Source of the DNA: Iphione sp. A-MEVVRFRX5
Taxonomy: Eukaryota
Direction of reading: 5' to 3'
DNA length: 64,000 nucleotides
Assembly (NCBI GenBank): GCA_976226885.1
Contig: OZ320316.1
Span: 72,106,001 to 72,170,000, forward strand
Shown here: positions 60,241 through 64,000 of the stretch, piece after piece
Layout of the letters: each line of letters begins with the position of its first letter
Numbering within the stretch: the first letter of the stretch is position 1
Position numbers and translations under genes: made by a program
Notes under the pieces: generated by a model
What the model was told of the DNA's origin: nothing
Database searches by the model: none
The model's input: the letters and a program-made list of their open reading frames with translations, nothing else

Positions 60241-61732
60241 GGGTATGTCGAGTGAGCTTTCAGCTTATGGCAAGGAGAAAACACCACCAGCAGCAACATG
60301 CACTCCTCTGGTTAACATTCAGGGTGTCGGGGATGATACAACAAAAGAAATATGTCTGTTTCAACATTAGAACCAACCAATGATCACAAACACGGCTCTG
60401 TCGATGATGGAGGGACAAGTTATGCATTCTCTCTTCTACAGGAATACTTCCCTGAATCAGTGCACTATCAATATCAACTATGGAAAGTAAATAGAAACAC
60501 AGAGAAAAAATGTCTCCTTTCCTGTGCTTTGTAAACTTGAACCAGAAGTGACAGTTAACACGGGAAATGGCACTTTTGATTTTTCTGTGCAGAAAACATT
60601 TCTACTAAAGAAGGTGTAGTTTCTTTGTGTTTCAGTGTTTGGGTAAAAACTTATGCAGTTATGGTGTTTTATGCTGTTTATTTTACTATGTACTTTGCCA
60701 GCCAGTGACGCGCATGTTAACTTTTCATGTTGACATTAAAAATCCAAGATGGTGACTAACAATATGTATGAGTTAGTTTTCCTTCTCTGCTATGCATTAA
60801 AATTAAAATAGATTTTAAACTGTATGTTTTTTGGGATGAGAAACAATATAAGAACTGCGATTAATGATTTTGTATCATAAAAGGTGGGGAGATTAAGTCG
60901 CAATGGCTGTGGTCTGGACTTAGTCTTCACCTTTCCCTCTACTCCACTTTTAATTATGTAGGCCCAGTGCAGGTGTGCCCAATCATAATTGAGCATAGAA
61001 TGTTTTAGATACTAAGTTACAATTCTCAAGGCAGATCACATCCATGGTTCCAAGGATGCCCAAAACCTACCAATCACAACATCCCTGATATATCAAAATT
61101 TATTGAGTCTAGGTGGTCATCCATGAGCTATTCCTGGCAAAGTTTCCTCCTAATATGGTATCATGGTGCCATGGATTTGCATTCAATAGCCTCTCCCCTA
61201 ATACAAAGTATCACTATTTCATTGTAGCATGGGTCTGCACTCGATGACCTCCCCTACTTAGTACTGCTGTAATTACAGTCTCTGTACTTGGTGCTACCTT
61301 GTCTACTCTACAATAGGATACCTCTTACTTCATGATGAAGGGCTACATACATTAAACATAAAAAACACCACCCATTATCAACATGTAATCCTACACCTAA
61401 GATACATGCAGCAGGAAAAAATTTTTTTATGTTCCATAGAATGTATTAGTCTACCTGGATTATCTTCTATCAATTGTCCCTGTGTACTTTACCCTTTGGT
61501 GATCAATCTGATCATTCAGCTAGACTCAGTACCATACTCTTGATAAAATCTGCGATCTCCTCAAATCACCTCAAGGACCTAGGCATTGACATCTCCTGTG
61601 TCAATGTATGATGAAGGGCATGAAGGCCAAAACTATTCTCTTGCAGCGGAAGGTCTTGGTCGAGCATTAGACCTTAAGGCTTGTGACGACTGTCAAATAA
61701 CAGACATTTATACTGGATATCTTCAATGGACA

Positions 61733-61903
61733 TGTTAACAAGTATTGTAGTTTTAAGTGAGTTCAATAAAGCACATTGACTCTTCAGTCCCAGTTACAAG
61801 TCTGTTTATTGACCACACAGGCCCCATATATATAGAAAAACTGTCGTCACATGACCAGAAAGAGGTGTGTCCAGTCAAAATCCAGTATACCATATATTTG
61901 CAA
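61733..61903. repeat. LTR-like repeat, copy 2
   Basis: TGTT...AACA termini; TATA-like and AATAAA motifs on the minus strand; shares AAGTCTG(A)TTTATTGAC and GTAGTTTT..AATAAAG with 58205-58411. No TSD seen. Confidence 0.4.
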
Positions 61904-63656
61904 CATTGTAGCCACTTAACCCCAGAATAGAATATTGTAGCTAAATTGTCTCAAACAACAATCTTAGCCATTCAAAATCTCTCAAACTGATACTAAGTAG
62001 CCTTTTCTGCGGTGGTCCTACTGCCACAATATAACTGACTTAATCAGAGCTTAGGAGCTAAGATATATCATAACAATATTTCACCCAGTGGCCACAGTGG
62101 TGCTACTGCTCTGGGGATCCGTTCTTTTATGGAAATAGGCAGACTTTATATGGAAGAGACCCTCTCAGTGGTGCCACTGTTTTGTATTTGGTTGACCCCA
62201 AACTTGTCATTTTGTAGCAAGCTGTGCTAATGGTGCAACTGGCATACACCTGACTTGCAAGTGCAAGTGTACTAAGTCCTCCAGTGTGCTACAGCACATG
62301 CAAAAATGACCTTTAGTTATGGAAATGGTGTTCAAAAAGTATTGGTCCTATGGTACCTAGTATTTTATGACATACAATAGCATGTTCTATATGAAAAGAA
62401 ACCCTAGAAATGTGAGTTTATTTTAGTACCAATGGTCTCTTATTCATTTGGTGATCATAGCAACAGGTCAGGTTTGAGAACAGCAGAATTTTCATAAAAG
62501 TTGCATCAAATTGTTACTTTTTCATAAATTTGGTCATAAAACTTTCAAAATTATTAATAGAAAGATTTTCAATTGCAGGAGTGTAGAGCATGTGATTTGC
62601 AATCTTTTGAGTCCTAAATCATTACTATGTATGGAAAGGGTTACTTTGTATCAAGATCTAGGTCATTATATATGTACTTCATTCAATGTGAGCCTCAGGG
62701 GCATCACTGATGCAGCAATAGCAACTCTGAGGAGATGATAATAGTAATTAAATTTAGACTTAATTATTTATTTTTGTTATAATGTAAGAATTCCATAGAA
62801 CTAAAGCTTTCATATGTGTATATGGTAGAACAAATCATGGGAAGAGAAGTCCAATGGCCTACAGTGGCCTCTTGCTCATGCATATACATCAGGTGAGGTA
62901 TGCCAAAGCACTGATTTGTTATTAAATTTGGCTTCTTTGAAAAATGAGATCAATGTTAAATCTATCAAGAGGTTAGATATATTGAAAGCACAAGTGAAAT
63001 ACATGCACCTTATTCAGGTGTAAGGATGTATAGTAATTTATATAGTTATATACAGTAAAGTCTTAATTTATGAGCATATCGATTTCCAACCTTTCTGCCT
63101 ATTACGACCACCTGAAGCGGGACCCAAAGTAACTATTTCTATTGTTAACAATAATCAATTTACAACCAAACTTGTTATTATGACCATTTTTGGCAGGATC
63201 CGATGACTGGTCGGAAATCAAGATTCTACTGTACAGAGTTTTAGGAATTACTGTGAACTGCAGTATATGTGGTTAGTGGTATTTATGGGTTTTAAGGCAA
63301 ATTATTATATTTCCAAGGTCATTTGACCACTTTTTTAAATCACAACTATTCCTGATAAGACATTTTATCTTTAAATTTAAAGAAGCACTGCACTCCAACC
63401 TTGTTTGATATAAAAAAGATGTGATGATATTATTCATAAAATAATAGCCTAAAGTATGTGCCAAATTTTGCACATTTTGCAGACCTTAACCCCTTACCGT
63501 CCATGTTAATTCATGTTTTTGAAGGTGGGACCAGAGGTAAAAGATTAGCTCTCCTTGTCTGAGTAGTATTCTAATAGAACTGATATTATACCATCCTTCC
63601 CTGTAAACCTTAGGAATTGCATTTTAATTTAGCATCAATTTTGTTCTTATAATTCA

Positions 63657-63966
63657 GTTTCCATGGCAACAGGAGAGCTCTGAGTGTAGATAATTTTTTA
63701 GGAAAATAATGAAAAATCTCCACTCATTGACAATAAATCTCTAGAAAGAGTTATAAATATTGTTTTTAGAGAGAAACTTATTATCAAGGAAATATTCAGT
63801 AAGTGTTTTGCAATCTTTTGATGCCTCATTTGTTATTGTGCATAAATTTAGTATATTGTATCATAATCTGGCATATTGTCTCTATTACCCCTAAAAATGT
63901 TCCATTACATGCATCAGCTGCATCACTAATGCTCCATAGGCAACCTTGAGGTGTTACCATGGTAAC
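63657..63966. promoter_or_regulatory. Cluster of RFX X-box-like motifs
   Basis: GTTTCCATGGCAAC (63657-63670), GCTCCATAGGCAAC (63931-63944) and the perfect palindrome GTTACCATGGTAAC (63953-63966). Confidence 0.35.
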
Positions 63967-64000
63967 AAATTAAATAATTAATCAATGATTGGTCTGGATC

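Overview
AT-rich, intron-containing eukaryotic DNA, most consistent with an invertebrate animal and dense in transposons. Two host genes are supported: a single-Ig-domain type I membrane protein (20555-21286, minus) and a two-exon cytosolic-type sulfotransferase (51903-54318, plus). The standout is a pair of adjacent, co-oriented, highly diverged non-LTR retrotransposons with uninterrupted ORFs (element A about 24563-29990; element B about 32027-38637; both minus). They share an unusual three-ORF layout: (1) an ORF1p with coiled coil and L1-type RRM/CTD fused to a C-terminal NADAR/YbiA-like domain, (2) a stand-alone SGNH-hydrolase-like ORF, and (3) an APE endonuclease-reverse transcriptase. 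The rest is decayed mobile DNA: two Crypton/DUF3504 tyrosine-recombinase relics with introns, a Gypsy integrase relic, a rearranged Ngaro/DIRS-type element interrupted by a piggyBac relic and a MITE, an internally deleted LINE, a CACTG-ended non-autonomous element and LTR-like repeats. All domain calls come from motif recognition by eye; no searches were run. Several ORF-track starts are GTG/TTG, so the first in-frame ATG is used where stated.
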